A DNA stretch of 64,000 nucleotides from assembly GCA_013239625.1 (NCBI GenBank), contig MU053881.1:3927957-3991956 (forward strand). Direction: 5' to 3'. The DNA is from Lama guanicoe (Eukaryota). How positions within the stretch are numbered: position 1 is the stretch's first letter; each line of letters begins with the position of its first letter. A program made the translations under genes and the position numbers. Below the pieces are notes generated by a model that saw only the letters and a program-made list of their open reading frames with translations, had not been told where the DNA came from and searched no databases. Positions 50,501 through 62,157 of this stretch are shown here, one piece after another.

Positions 50501-51566
50501 CCTTCTACCAAACTCCAGGGAGCACCATCCACACAGTATTCTATGAAAGTAGCATCATTGGAAGCACCACTCCAAAGACCATCACAGGAACAGGGCCCTT
50601 GATGTCGTGCAGCTCAGTGGCTGTGTTGAGGAGGCAGAAATAAACATGTAAGTTAGATGTCAGGAGTTAGAATTTGAGAGAGAGAAAGGAGTGAGTAGGT
50701 TTTAGGAACAACTGCCAACTGAGAAGGATATTGGGAGAGCCAACCATTGGGAGAGAATTTCTAAGGTATGTGCTATTAAGAATCCATCTTCGTCTTTGCC
50801 ATTTCCATGGGGGAGCTTGACAAAGAGTTTCAATACTTTTCATTACATGTGAATTGTAAGACTCTGCTTTTTGGGGACTTGAGCCTATGTGGAGAATGCA
50901 CCAGCCATCATGGAAACATGTTATAGTATATTAAGGATTGGAGAAAGAACAATCATGTTTGAAAACACAGATGGAGAACCAACTATTTTATATTACTTGG
51001 ATAGGAGGGATGGGTTAGGATAGACAAAGCAGAAGCTCTCTGTGAGCTAAGTCCTAAAAAAAAAATGAGAAGAAATTCGCTAGGTTTCCCAGGTAAATAA
51101 AACTTCCAGGCAGAAGGAACTGGCTGGTGTAGGCATGGGGCTGTGAAAGCTCTGATGGGCTTAGGAAAGGGGGTGGCTTGCTAAGGCTGGGTGATGAGGT
51201 GAGTAAAGTGGAGATAATACTAGGTAGTTAATTTGTTAACAGATCTTTGAAAAGATTTTTAAAATCCTTAATCTTGAGGAAAATCCCCAACCAGTGGACA
51301 GCTCTGTGACAAGAGGTACAACACAATGACAAGTGGTGCTGCTGCCCCACCCCCGTGAAAGGTGAAGATGTGTAAGTGAGGAGGGCAGCAGTTGGGATGT
51401 ACGTAAGATGCTGGATTGCAGGGTCTTCGAGAAGGGCTTTAAACATGGCATTGAGGGAGAGGGAAGAATCAGGATGATCAAGTTTCTCAGATGGTAGAGA
51501 GGGCATGGAATCATTACAGCAGCACTTGGTGGGGAGCAGGCTTCGGAGAGAAGAGGGTAAATTAAT

Positions 51567-51639
51567 TTTTCTTTCTTTCTTTTCTTTTCTTTTCTTTTCT
51601 TTTCTTTTCTTTTCTTTTCTTTTCTTTTCTTTTCTTTTC
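51567..51639 (+). repeat. (TTTTC)n pentanucleotide microsatellite
   Basis: about a dozen uninterrupted TTTTC units preceded by TTTC units. Confidence 0.95.
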
Positions 51640-51699
51640 GACATGTTTTGGATCTGGTCTGATGGCTAGAAAGGATTTAGTTGGGCAGGTTCTTCTGAT

Positions 51700-52160
51700 T
51701 CTCCAGCAGAAGTTCCTCCACTTTACTCCATACTCCACATTATCACACCCTGGTGGCTTCACAAACTGTCCCCTCTGCCTGCCCACTCTGTGCTTTTGCT
51801 CATTGTCCCCTCTGCCTAGAGCGCTCTTCTCTCCTTTGTCCCCCTGGCAAACTCCTACTAATCTTGCACAGTCCACATGATGGCTGTCTTCCCTGGCTAA
51901 CCACTATCCACTCTCCCAGTCAAGGCTGGCTTCCTTCTGTCCCCAGAGAAAACCCTGGTTGCCCAATTTTTTGTGTGTTTAACTATTAGCCAGATGTGTT
52001 GTGTGGGCTGATCTGCCTGTCTGTCTCCTCCATAAGACTGTAAACTCTTTCAAAGAAGGAATCAGACACTCTGTGAATCCAAAAAAAAAAAAAAAAGACC
52101 TGGGGCAGGATAGAAGCTCAATCTTTGTGAAATGGATGAATGAATAAGTGAGTGAATAAA
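51700..52160 (+). mobile_element. L2 LINE 3' part
   Basis: cttttgctcattgtcccctctgcctagagcgctctt...ctggcaaactcctac...agactgtaaactc...gatgaatgaataag. Confidence 0.75.
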
Positions 52161-52834
52161 GGAGTCATAGAATTTTTGCTGTTTTAGCTGGGGTCCAGAC
52201 TAACTATTTTCTCTTCTCCACAGCTGCTCTGCTCCTGACCCACTTCCAAGTAACCACTCACACCTATTCATGTGTGGGGGAGCTGTGGGAACACTGAGAA
52301 ATGAGTATCTTTGTTAGGAGATGGGCCAGGAGAATAGGGTGGGTAAGGATAAAGCAGTGTCCGCCTCCCCCAGGGTTCTCCGGACTGGCTTGGAGACCTT
52401 TGGGAAGAAGATCATAAAAGAAATAAATCAAAAGAATGGTTCCAGAAATATTCTGTGCACCTCTGGGCTCCAGCAGAACTGCTCTGGAATCCAGCTGACA
52501 ACATGCATTGGGGTGTTGCCAAAGGGTGCCCCACACCTCTGCCCAGAAACCACCATCACCCCAAGGATGACCTCCTTGGCACGAACATTCACGCTCTCCT
52601 GAAGCCCAAGAGCCACAGGGAGACTCTACTAGGTAGTTTTAGATGGTGGATGGACACTGGTGGGAACAGAGACGAGAGAGAAAGAAGGGAAGGAATGTTA
52701 CCGAGTGGCTGTATCTGACACTTGAGTCACCCCTTGGGCACTCCCAGAAATAACAGCCAGACACTTCTAAGATTCCCACGATGCCATAACATCACCGTAG
52801 GTATGACCTTTGCAGACAAAGGTTGATGACGTAT

Positions 52835-52945
52835 GGGACGTTAAAATGAACTTCCCCTGTTTCTTTTGACTTTAAGGTGGCTACTAGCAAATGTAAAATG
52901 ACACGTGCAACCAGCACTGTATTTCTGCTGGACTGTACTACTGCA
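52835..52945. mobile_element. MER3/MER33-like hAT-Charlie fragment
   Basis: ttaaaatgaacttcccctgtttcttttgact...gtggctactagcaaatgtaaaatgacacgtg...tatttctgctggac. Confidence 0.7.
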
Positions 52946-52954
52946 GACTATCAG

Positions 52955-53360
52955 ACCTTAAGGAATGAAGTCCATCTACAGATACTGTCAAGGGCGATCT
53001 CCAATATGAATTTACTGTTAAGTGAGGAAAGCAAGTTGTAGAGCTAAATGCATAACCCAATTTATATAAAAAAAAATTTAAACTACGAACACATTTCAAA
53101 GAGAGAGATAAAGAGAAGTATGTGAAAAAGGTCCTGGGTGAATGGGACCAGATGTTGTACCCAAATGGAACAACCGAGCAGAAGACGCTAAAAAGGTGTG
53201 AGCAGGGTCAGAAAAAAAAAAAACCAGTGGAATGGTGACCCTTCCTGGGGAGGGATGCGAGCCTGGGAAAGGGAGGATGTGGAAATTTGATATTTTGCTA
53301 TACTTCTTTCTGTAGATTTTAAGAAAATAAGCACGTATGCGTTTTGTAACTTCTTAAAGA
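52955..53360 (+). mobile_element. ancient L1ME-type 3' fragment
   Basis: gatctccaatatg...ctgttaagtgaggaaagcaagttgtaga. Confidence 0.5.
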
Positions 53361-54129
53361 GAAATTGATTATGGGACAGAGTATCACTGCAGATGGGCTG
53401 ACGCGGGCTCTGGAAACTGCATCAGGACCGTGTCAACTGTTGGCCTCTTTTGCTGGGCTCCCCAGGGCTGCCTTCTCTAGGGCACTATTCTGCGGGGGCA
53501 GCTCTGTGCCCCGTTTGATAAATGTGTTGTCAGTCTCTCCAGCCAACTGAAATAATAATGGGAGAAACGTCTGCTTCTGCCAAGAACGGAAAACTGGAGT
53601 GACGCTGGCGAGCATTCCCTGCAGCCAAAGGCAGGTTTCCTATAATTAGAAGCAATTTGCTAGAAAGTTTACCAGGCTCTTCCAAAGCATACAATATGGC
53701 AAGTTGTTAAAGCTTTCTTTATTTTCCCTTTCCTTTTCATGACACACTGCAGATGGGGAGCGTGGAATACTCCCCTTTCCTGGCTGGGGCTGTTGGTTGA
53801 GAGGATCACGTCCTTGCCGAGTCAGTGGAGCAGGAGAAAGAAAATCAGCTTTCTGCATCGCTGTGGGAAATGGGAGCGAATTCAGAATCATATTCTCAAC
53901 AGACTGTAGCTCGAGGCCTTTCCAACTGTCTCCACTGAGAGACCCCAGGTTTAGCCAAGCAGAATTCAGTAAATGAAACACACACTGAGACTAAACTCAT
54001 CGAATTTCCATTCCAGTGTGTCAGAAGATAGAAAATTCGGACTGTAGCTACACAAAGAGCTAGTCCCATTTCTGTATTCCAGAAGTCAACCACAAAGACC
54101 AGAGATACAAGGATGGGTGGGCTAACAAC

Positions 54130-54350
54130 TATTAAGCACCTACCTAGTATTTTCCCAGCTCTGTGCCAGGCACTTGCCCATCCTCTGCAATGCAGCCCTC
54201 GCCCCACCCCACCCTCCAAGCCCAGCAGCCCTACTGTAGGTATTATCTCTAGTCTCCATTTATGGATGAGACCCAGCAAGGCTAAGAGATTTTCCCAGGA
54301 TCAGAGGCACAATGGAAGTCTTTGCTTGACTCCTAAACCAGTGCCCTTCC
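54130..54350 (-). mobile_element. MIR SINE fragment
   Basis: ctctgtgccaggcact...gtaggtattatc...ctccatttatggatgag. Confidence 0.65.
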
Positions 54351-54862
54351 CTCTATATCCATCTACGCTGCTCTTGGAGCCAGTCTTAAACTGATGGGAG
54401 GCTGGCTCTGAATGCCTGGGCTGACTGTATAGGATTCACAGGTTCTCCTAATGCATGGTCTCTAAGAGGGGGTGGGAGCCAGCTTGCACCTCTTCGCTGG
54501 CCCAGATCTACAGCACTGGGAACAGCCACCTTCCTGGGAGCCTTCTCAACCAGCTTTAGCTGCCCACTCTGTTCTCCCACATAAGAAGTTATGCTGCCAA
54601 GCTGTTCTGAGCAGGCCCTGACTCAGGACAATGCTGTTCTCAGCCCTCCTCTCTAACCTCAGGTATGTTGTGGTCCGGGACACTGGGAAGATGGCCTCCT
54701 CAATCCTGATTTACTATCAGTCTAGTAGAGAGATAACCGAGGTGGGTGCTGGGGGCTATGAAGTGTGTGTGTAATATATGGCTCAAATGAGAGGTGGGTT
54801 AAAACAGAAGTCCTGGATGTAAAGGAAAGAAAAATCATTAATTAGCCCATTCTTCCATTCTC

Positions 54863-55135
54863 ACCCATCCTCATCCATCCTCATCCATCCACCCATCCAC
54901 CCATCCATACACCCATCCATCCATCCATCTGTCTGTTCACCCATCCATCCATCATCCATCTTCATCCATCCATCCATCCACCCATCCATCATCCATCCTT
55001 CCATCCACCCATCCATCCATCCTCATCCATCCATCCATCCACCCATCCATCTATCCATCCACCCATCCATCCATCATCCATCCTTCCATCCATCCATCCA
55101 TCCTCATCCATCCTCATCCATTCATCCATCCATCA
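54863..55135 (+). repeat. long imperfect (CCAT)n array
   Basis: about 270 bp of ccat units with ccac, cat and cctcat variants. Confidence 0.95.
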
Positions 55136-55317
55136 CCTTTCCATTCAATTATTCAACCAGTGCTCTGTCTGAGACAGAGCAAATGAAAAGAAATCGTGTA
55201 CTGGGATAATGGGATCTTTACTTTCACATTTTTAATTAAAAATTTTTTATAATTTAAAAAAATCTGGTTGGAACTTTAAAGAAACTGAGGGGGATCAGTA
55301 GACAAAGCATGGTCTTA

Positions 55318-55732
55318 GATACAGAAAGACAAATAAATACTGGCACCATCTCATTTAAATGCAGAATCTGAAAAAGTCGAACTCATAGAAGCAGAGAGCA
55401 GAATGGTGGTTACCTGCAGCTGGAGGGGTGGAGGAAATGGAGGGGGAGGGTTTGGCCAAAGGGTATGAACTTTCAAGTATAAGATGATTAAATTCTGAAG
55501 ATCTGATGGACAGTATGGTGACTAGAGTTAATAACGACGTATTGTATACTTGAAATCTGCTTAGAGAGTAGCTCTTAAATGTTCTCACCACTCCCAAAAA
55601 AAGGATTTATGGCGGGTGAGGGAAAGGGGACATCATTTCACAATGTGTTCGTATATTAAAACATCACATTGTACATCTTAACGGTACGTAATGATTATCT
55701 GTAAGTCATACCTCAAGAGAGCTGAAGAAAAA
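55318..55732 (+). mobile_element. L1MA9-like 3' end
   Basis: cagaaagacaaata...gaactcatagaagcagagagcagaatggtggttacc...gtattgtatacttgaaatctgc...tcttaaatgttctcaccac. Confidence 0.85.
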
Positions 55733-56599
55733 AGGCAAACACGTGGGCTTTGGCAATAGAGAGGCCTGAAGTCAAACCCCGACTCTGCCTTTACCAGGTT
55801 ACCAGGGAAACCTGAACATCTTTCTCAGCTCGTTTCCTGGTCTGCCCTGTGAGGGAAGCCATCTTCATTTGCTCGTCAGTGGTGAGGAATGAATGAGTCT
55901 CTGGACCAGAAAGTGCTTGGCCAGGGTTATATACACAGGATTTAGGGAGCGTCTGTTGACTATATGAAGAAGCAGGGGTCTGCGGGATGGTATGTGGGGT
56001 CTCTGTTACCCTGAATGATGAATCCTAATTGGTTCTGTAACCAAATGCCACCTTTTATTTTTTGTGATTAGTTAATAAGAGGATTATCCTCAGGATGGAG
56101 GCTGCTAGAAGTTGCTGTTTTGGAGAACGAGGAGGGAAGGCAGGCGATGGTGTTCCAGCGCTTCGCCTAAACCCCTGTATCAAAGTGGGCCCTTTTTCAG
56201 CCTGATTTGCCTTTGAAACTTCGCAAGTTCACTTGACCCCGGAGGTCAAGTGCTGCTGGAGCCGCGGGTGAGCGCTTTGTTCTGGGAATGGAAGAGTTCA
56301 GCGCGCTGAGCCTTCCTGCCGGAGGCTTAGTCTGCTTACAAGATCTCCTCCCCTTAGACGGGCTGGAGAGAGGCCTCCTTGGGTGCTTGGGGAAGGAGGC
56401 TTCTCCAGTATTCTGATGAACTTCTCAGCCAAGAGGCCAGGATCTCACCTTTCTTCATACCCCCTGACTGACAGGCACGTAGCAGGTCCCCAGGACGGCC
56501 TTTCAGAGGGACAGAGATGGTGTCAAAGAGCCTTGGGGTTTGATTTCAATTAAGAGGGCCTTGGCGAGGGACCTCAGGCCACAGGGAGGCCTTGGCATT

Positions 56600-56730
56600 C
56601 TCTGAGGGTTATTTCACCTGAGTCCAAGTTTCTCATCTGTAAAATGGGCCCATAATACCTCCCTCTTAGAATTGTTTGCAAGACTTAAATTAGATCTCAC
56701 AAGTGAAAAGTACCTTCAAAAGTAGGTGCC
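56600..56730 (+). mobile_element. MIR SINE fragment
   Basis: tttctcatctgtaaaatgggcccataatacctccctcttagaattgtt. Confidence 0.8.
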
Positions 56731-56913
56731 CGTTACGTCTTCCTTTTCCTCTGCCCTTCTTCTTGCAGCTCTTTCTTTCTCACTTTCTGGGCTTCAGACT
56801 CTCACCTATAAAAGAGGGTGAATCATAAGCCCATCTCCCTGGGTCACTGTAAATGCTGATGAAAACTTTACATAAATTCGAAGGCACCGGGCACATCAAT
56901 TAAAACTGAATTG

Positions 56914-57055
56914 TAAGAGGACAGAAATTATTTCAAGCATCTTCTCTGACCACAGTGGCGTGAAACTAGAAATCAACCACAAAAAAACAAATGAGAAAAA
57001 AAAAAAAAAGACAGCATGGAGACTAACCAACATGCTATTAAAAAACCAATGGGTC
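56914..57055 (+). mobile_element. internal L1 ORF2 (endonuclease end) fragment with 12-bp TSD and no 3' UTR or tail
   Basis: translates KRTEIISSIFSDHSGVKLEINH and TAWRLTNMLLKNQWV; AAAACTGAATTG at 56902-56913 and 57056-57067. Confidence 0.9.
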
Positions 57056-58624
57056 AAAACTGAATTGGAGGAAGGCACCTAGAAGCATAAAAATCATTTG
57101 ATTCTCCTGCCAGAGAGGACTGGTCCATCCCCCGCCCAGCTCAGCTCAGAGAGGCCAGAGGCCCAGGGATGTAACGCTTTCTTGGCAAGAAACAGACAAA
57201 GCCCTACAGAATGAAGAAAATTTGAACACACCTTTCCAGATTATTATACCAAGTGAGAAATTGTTTCCGCTGAAGCTATCTGAATAAATTACTGGCAGTC
57301 AGAGGCTGAGGAAATTGAGCTGTGAATGCATTTATTTAATACATTTATATGTCAGACTTAGCTCCTGCTCTGTATATTTTTGTGGCTTTTAAACATTAGA
57401 TATTTTACCAGATTCTCTTTCCCTCAGGAGGCAGTTGTGCAGGTTAGGATAAGGTCCCAGACAAATCTCCAAGCGAGATATAAATTCTTCCCTCCCCCAC
57501 AATTTTTTGTAAGGAAAAAAAAAGACCCTTTACTGTGAGGTACATGTTTGGGGGAGATAATTTTTGAATCTGAATTGGAAAATATTTGAATGCAACCTTG
57601 GGATTCTCTTCTTCTCTTGCTGTTTGGTAAACTCCTACACATACGTCAAAGCCTACATCAAAGCTGCCATGTTCTATGAACCCTCCTGACCTGCTGCTAA
57701 TGATAGTGGACCCTCCTCTGTGCCTGGACTACCCTTTGTTGGTTCTTTTGTCAAAGACAAGACAAAGCCCTGTCTATTTCCTTATCTATTTCTCAGTAGA
57801 GGTTACAACCTCCTGAAGGTCATGAGCCACTTCTGATCCATGTTGGGACCACGGAAGCCAGCACAGGCCTGGTGTGTAGCAGATGTTTAGCTGATGATTT
57901 AAAAACTGATGTAGCTGCATTCATTGTAGTAGACAAGCGGACACAAGGTTAGGGAGAAACATGGAGCAGGAGATTGTTTTGAAGGAGAGTGAGTGGGCCA
58001 AGAGTGAGCTCATAATATATCCTGGAAAGGCACCAACAACTAGCTTTACTGGACAAACAATATTATGAAACAACTCATTACATACTTGGTTGATCTTACT
58101 GGGTGTGAAGTCAGTGAGTAAGGGAGAGCAGGAAGGGTCAAGGCTCCCCTCAAAAACCCCTTCAGTCCACCAAAATAACAATACAGAATGTCTTTGTGTA
58201 TCCACAGCTTCAAAGATGACCTCCGTCCATCTGATTCTGTGCTGGTGGCCCTCAATTTTCCCTTCAGTTTTCTGTTTGAAGAAGCAGGATTCCATCCGCC
58301 TCCAAGAACTCTGTCATCAGAAAACTGGCTTCCACTTGACTGTGATGGCTGAGAAATCCTTCATGTCAAACCTACACTTCTTGCATCAGTTTTGGGCACA
58401 TATATCAACCATGTCAGGCCAGAGGACCTCCCTGCCCAGGACATGGACACACAGAGGGAAGGCGTGAGCTAAGTGCTGTAGGATCTTATGCCACTGGGGC
58501 AGGGTATGAGCAGTATTTCACACTGATTAATTTATCTTTTTGTATGAAAAGTATTGTTTAACCCTGTCATTCATTAAAATGCATACACATCACATGATGT
58601 GTGTAAACACATCTCCACACTAAC

Positions 58625-59650
58625 ATTTGCAAGTGACAGAAAACTCTCCAAAAATAGCTGAAGTTATTTTTTGAGAAATGTCTATGCTGTTTTCCACAGT
58701 GGCTGTACCAATAGAATTAATATATGACCCAGCCATTCAACCCTGGGTATTTACCCCAAACAAACACAAACACTAATTCAAAACAATGCATGCACCCCAG
58801 TGTTCATAGCAGCATTATTTACATTAGCCAAGAATATGAAGCAACTTAAGTGTCTATCAACAGATGACTCAATAAAGAAGTTGTGGTATACTTATACAAT
58901 GGAATACTACTCAGCCATAAAAAAGAATGAAATTTTTGCCATTTGCAGCAATAGGGGTGGACTTGGAGGGCATTATGCTAACTGAAATAAGTCAGAGAAA
59001 GACAAATGTCATATGATATCACTTATATGTAGAATCTAAAACACACAACAAACTAGTGAATGTAACAAAAAAGAAGTAGACTCAGATCTAGCGAACAAAC
59101 CAATGGTTACCAGTGAGGAGAGGGGAGTGGGGAAGGGCACTATAGGGGAAGAAGAGTAAGAGGCACAAACTATTAGGTATAAAATAAGCTACAAGGATAT
59201 ATTGTGTGACATGGGGAATACAGCCAATATTTTATAATAATTATAAATGGAGTATAACTTTTAAAAATTCACTATATTGTACACCTTGAACATAATATTA
59301 TGCATCAACTATATACTTCAGTTTTTTTTTTAAGTAGCTTAGGAATAAGAAGGGAATTCTTTGTCTCATTTCATCAAACTTCAAAAAGTGTGAGTTGAGT
59401 GGGCCTTGGAGATGGCTGGAGATTCCCCCTCTCTCTCTTTCTCTGTCTCATCCTCTCCCCATTCCACCCCCTACAGGAGACCTGTTTTCCCCATGTGCTG
59501 GAGACCACAGCTGCTGCCAGTCACAGATTCACATTTTTTTCCAGCTCTATGACTGGAAGCACAAAGAAAACTCTTCCCTTTGATTCCAGGAGGAAATTCC
59601 CAGGTAATAACTCGGACTGCTTCAGCTTAGGGGACACTCCCACCTCTATG
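58625..59650 (-). mobile_element. LTR33-like ERVL LTR split by an L1 insertion
   Basis: ttgcaagtgacagaaaactctccaaaaatagct before the L1 continues as aggaataagaagggaattctttgtctcat after it. Confidence 0.55.
58664..59332 (+). mobile_element. 5'-inverted, truncated L1 (ORF2 end plus 3' UTR)
   Basis: ORF 58800..58985 MFIAALFTLAK...MEYYSAIKKNE is L1 ORF2; 58664-58712 is the inverted upstream L1 segment. Confidence 0.9.
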
Positions 59651-59879
59651 GTAAGAGGGTGGGTGATCGGGTCCCAGACAGATGTGACATTAGCCATAAC
59701 AGTGCACCTTCTGGTAGACTTCGGAAGCATCTGTATATTTTTTAAACTTCATATGTGATGCTCACTCTCAATTTGAAAACACTGATCTGTCTGTATTAAA
59801 TACATGAGGTGGGGGCAACACATCCAGGGATACATTTGAAGATCCCAAGGTGGCTGAAAGAAATAGCTAATTGCTACAC

Positions 59880-60190
59880 TTCATTATTACTCTGGTGTCT
59901 ATGCTGTGCCAAGTTGAAGGATATGCAGATAAATAAGATTTGGGCTCCATCATCAAGAAGCTACTGTTTACTGAGAGACAGATACAAATAAAAAGTGACC
60001 ATTGGGTATACAGACTTGGTTATCTCAGTGCACAGAGAAGGAGGCACTAATATACTTGGAATAATTAGGCAAATCTCTCCTGAAGAGGGGACATTTGAAC
60101 TGGGTTTTGAGAGATAAATAGAAGCTTGCCACTTAGGTCGGGCAAAGGGCATCTGGCCTCAAGGGAATGAGATGTCTGAGGATCTGGTGG
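59880..60190 (-). mobile_element. L2 LINE 3' part
   Basis: gatatgcagataaataagatttgggctcc...gaggggacatttgaactgggttttga. Confidence 0.75.
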
Positions 60191-61539
60191 GGCTTTAGAG
60201 CCTAGTTTTTGAGTATGTTGCTTTCAGATTAGGTTTCATAAGATCAAATCACATCCTTTCCACCCAGCAGACACGGGACCTCAGGAGAGATACCTGCGTC
60301 ACACACCATTTCTGTGCCTTCATCATCTTCTCATCTATCAAATGGAATTAGCAACCCCGTCCTCCTGGGTTGTGATGAAGATCACCTTAGTTGATGTTGT
60401 ATAATTGGTTTGCAGACTAGGATTTTGAGTCACACATACCTAGGCATGCATGTCTGCCTCACTGCTTGTTAACTGTGATCCCGGGAAAGTTACTTCTCTC
60501 TCTGTATCCTCACCCAGAACACTGTGGACAGCAGCAGTATGGATCTCAGGGTAATTCTGAAGCTTGAATGAGGTGTGACACGTGGAAAATATCTGCCTCA
60601 AGATCTGGTCCATGGTAAGCACTAACTACATCGCGTATCATGTAATCGTTGCTCTGCAAAGGGCTTAGGGCAGCGCTCGGCACGTAGTGGGTGATCAGTT
60701 TCTTCCTCACGTCACAGAGAAGACTGGCTGTGGCTCAGAACTATCCCTGAAAATCTCACTCACCTGCAAGTCCCTGCAGAGACGCTGAGAAGGGGTGGGG
60801 GAGGTGACCCAGACTCCCCCCTGGTCCGGGTTGCGTGTCAGGCAGGGACGTTGTCTCCATTCAATCCAGCTCAACATTCCTACGCAGAGGCCCGGAGTCT
60901 AATGCACAGAAGGCTGACACCCCAGGGAGGTCATTCTGGAAGAGAATGAAAGCCCATTTGAAGAAAGCACTTCCACTGGCTCGCCCATACCGCACGGAGC
61001 GGTGGTGTCCTGGCGTATGTAACGGAATTACTGAACGGTGGGGACGGCACAGTCTTCCTTTCCTCGGGGTGTTTGGGCACCAGAAGGAATGTTCACACGG
61101 CCCCTACAAATAGGCAGCTGAATTATGCTAATGAGCCGCCAAGCTTGCTGGGAGAGAGCAAGCCTGAAGTCAGGAAGGAGTCAGAGTCTGGGCATCTCCA
61201 AGCCCACAGGCCTGAACAATTTGTTCTACTTTTCAAGGCTGAACTCAGACCCTGGGGAGGAAAGGGAGAAATCAGAGGGCCCAAGCAGGCCCTGGAGTAA
61301 CTGACAACAGGCAAGCTTCGCCCCTTGAGCCAAATCTCATCAAGGGGAGGGCAAGAGTGCTTTCACATTACCAGACTCCTGATGACTGTGGCCTCTCCAA
61401 CCCCTGAGACGGGCAGAAACATGACCTGTTCAATGTCAAGGGCAGTTTCCAGCCTGGATCTGCCTGGGTTGTTTCATTGGTCAACTGGTGAGGCTGGCTG
61501 TGGTGGGGAGGTTTCTTTTGGAGTATTTCAGACATGGTT

Positions 61540-61710
61540 CCCACAATTTACTATCCCTGTAACCTTGAGAGGCCCCTTCCTCCTTTGGAGCCTTGATTAT
61601 CCCCATCTGTAAAATGGGAACAATAACACCTCTTTTATGGTGGATCATGGTGGAGATTCTGGGCAACAGGGCTATGAAAATACCCTGAAAACGATAAATT
61701 CTCTGTATGC
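61540..61710 (+). mobile_element. MIR SINE fragment
   Basis: tccccatctgtaaaatgggaacaataacacct. Confidence 0.75.
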
Positions 61711-62120
61711 ATGTGCAGAGATTCTTTTATTCTGAGTTCCCAGAAGGACTCAGAAGGCAAGAGAGAAGCAAGGAGGGTGGAGAATTACCCCTTAAAGGTG
61801 GCAGGCAGGAAATCCAACAGGGCACGACTGGTCCTTATTGGGCGCCTATGGAGGGCTTCGCAAAATCTTGCCACATGGGGATGTGAAAGAGATGCAAGAT
61901 GGAGCTTCGAAGCTATGTTATGAGCCCTCCTAGCACGGTGCCAGGTGGACCCAGACCTCCCTCTGGTCTCACCTCCTGGACCAGCATGGTGACGCTTTCA
62001 CGGGTAAATGACTATAAGAATGACACGTGGAGCTGACGCTTCCTCACCAAGTCTACATGCAGAGTGGAGCGTGGCTGAGCGAGGCTTCTCCCAACTTCAG
62101 CACGGCTTAGAGGCGTCACA

Positions 62121-62157
62121 TGTGTTGTGTGTTTGTGTGTATGTGTGTGTGTGTGTG
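62121..62157 (+). repeat. imperfect (TG)n microsatellite
   Basis: tgtgttgtgtgtttgtgtgtatgtgtgtgtgtgtgtg. Confidence 0.85.

Noticed and set aside
51228..51876. Lys/Arg/Glu-rich ORFs
   Set aside because: Translation of the (TTTTC)n microsatellite
58190..58352. Plus-strand exon after the acceptor-like tctttgtgtatccacag
   Set aside because: Translations are unrecognisable and there are no partner exons or supporting donor site
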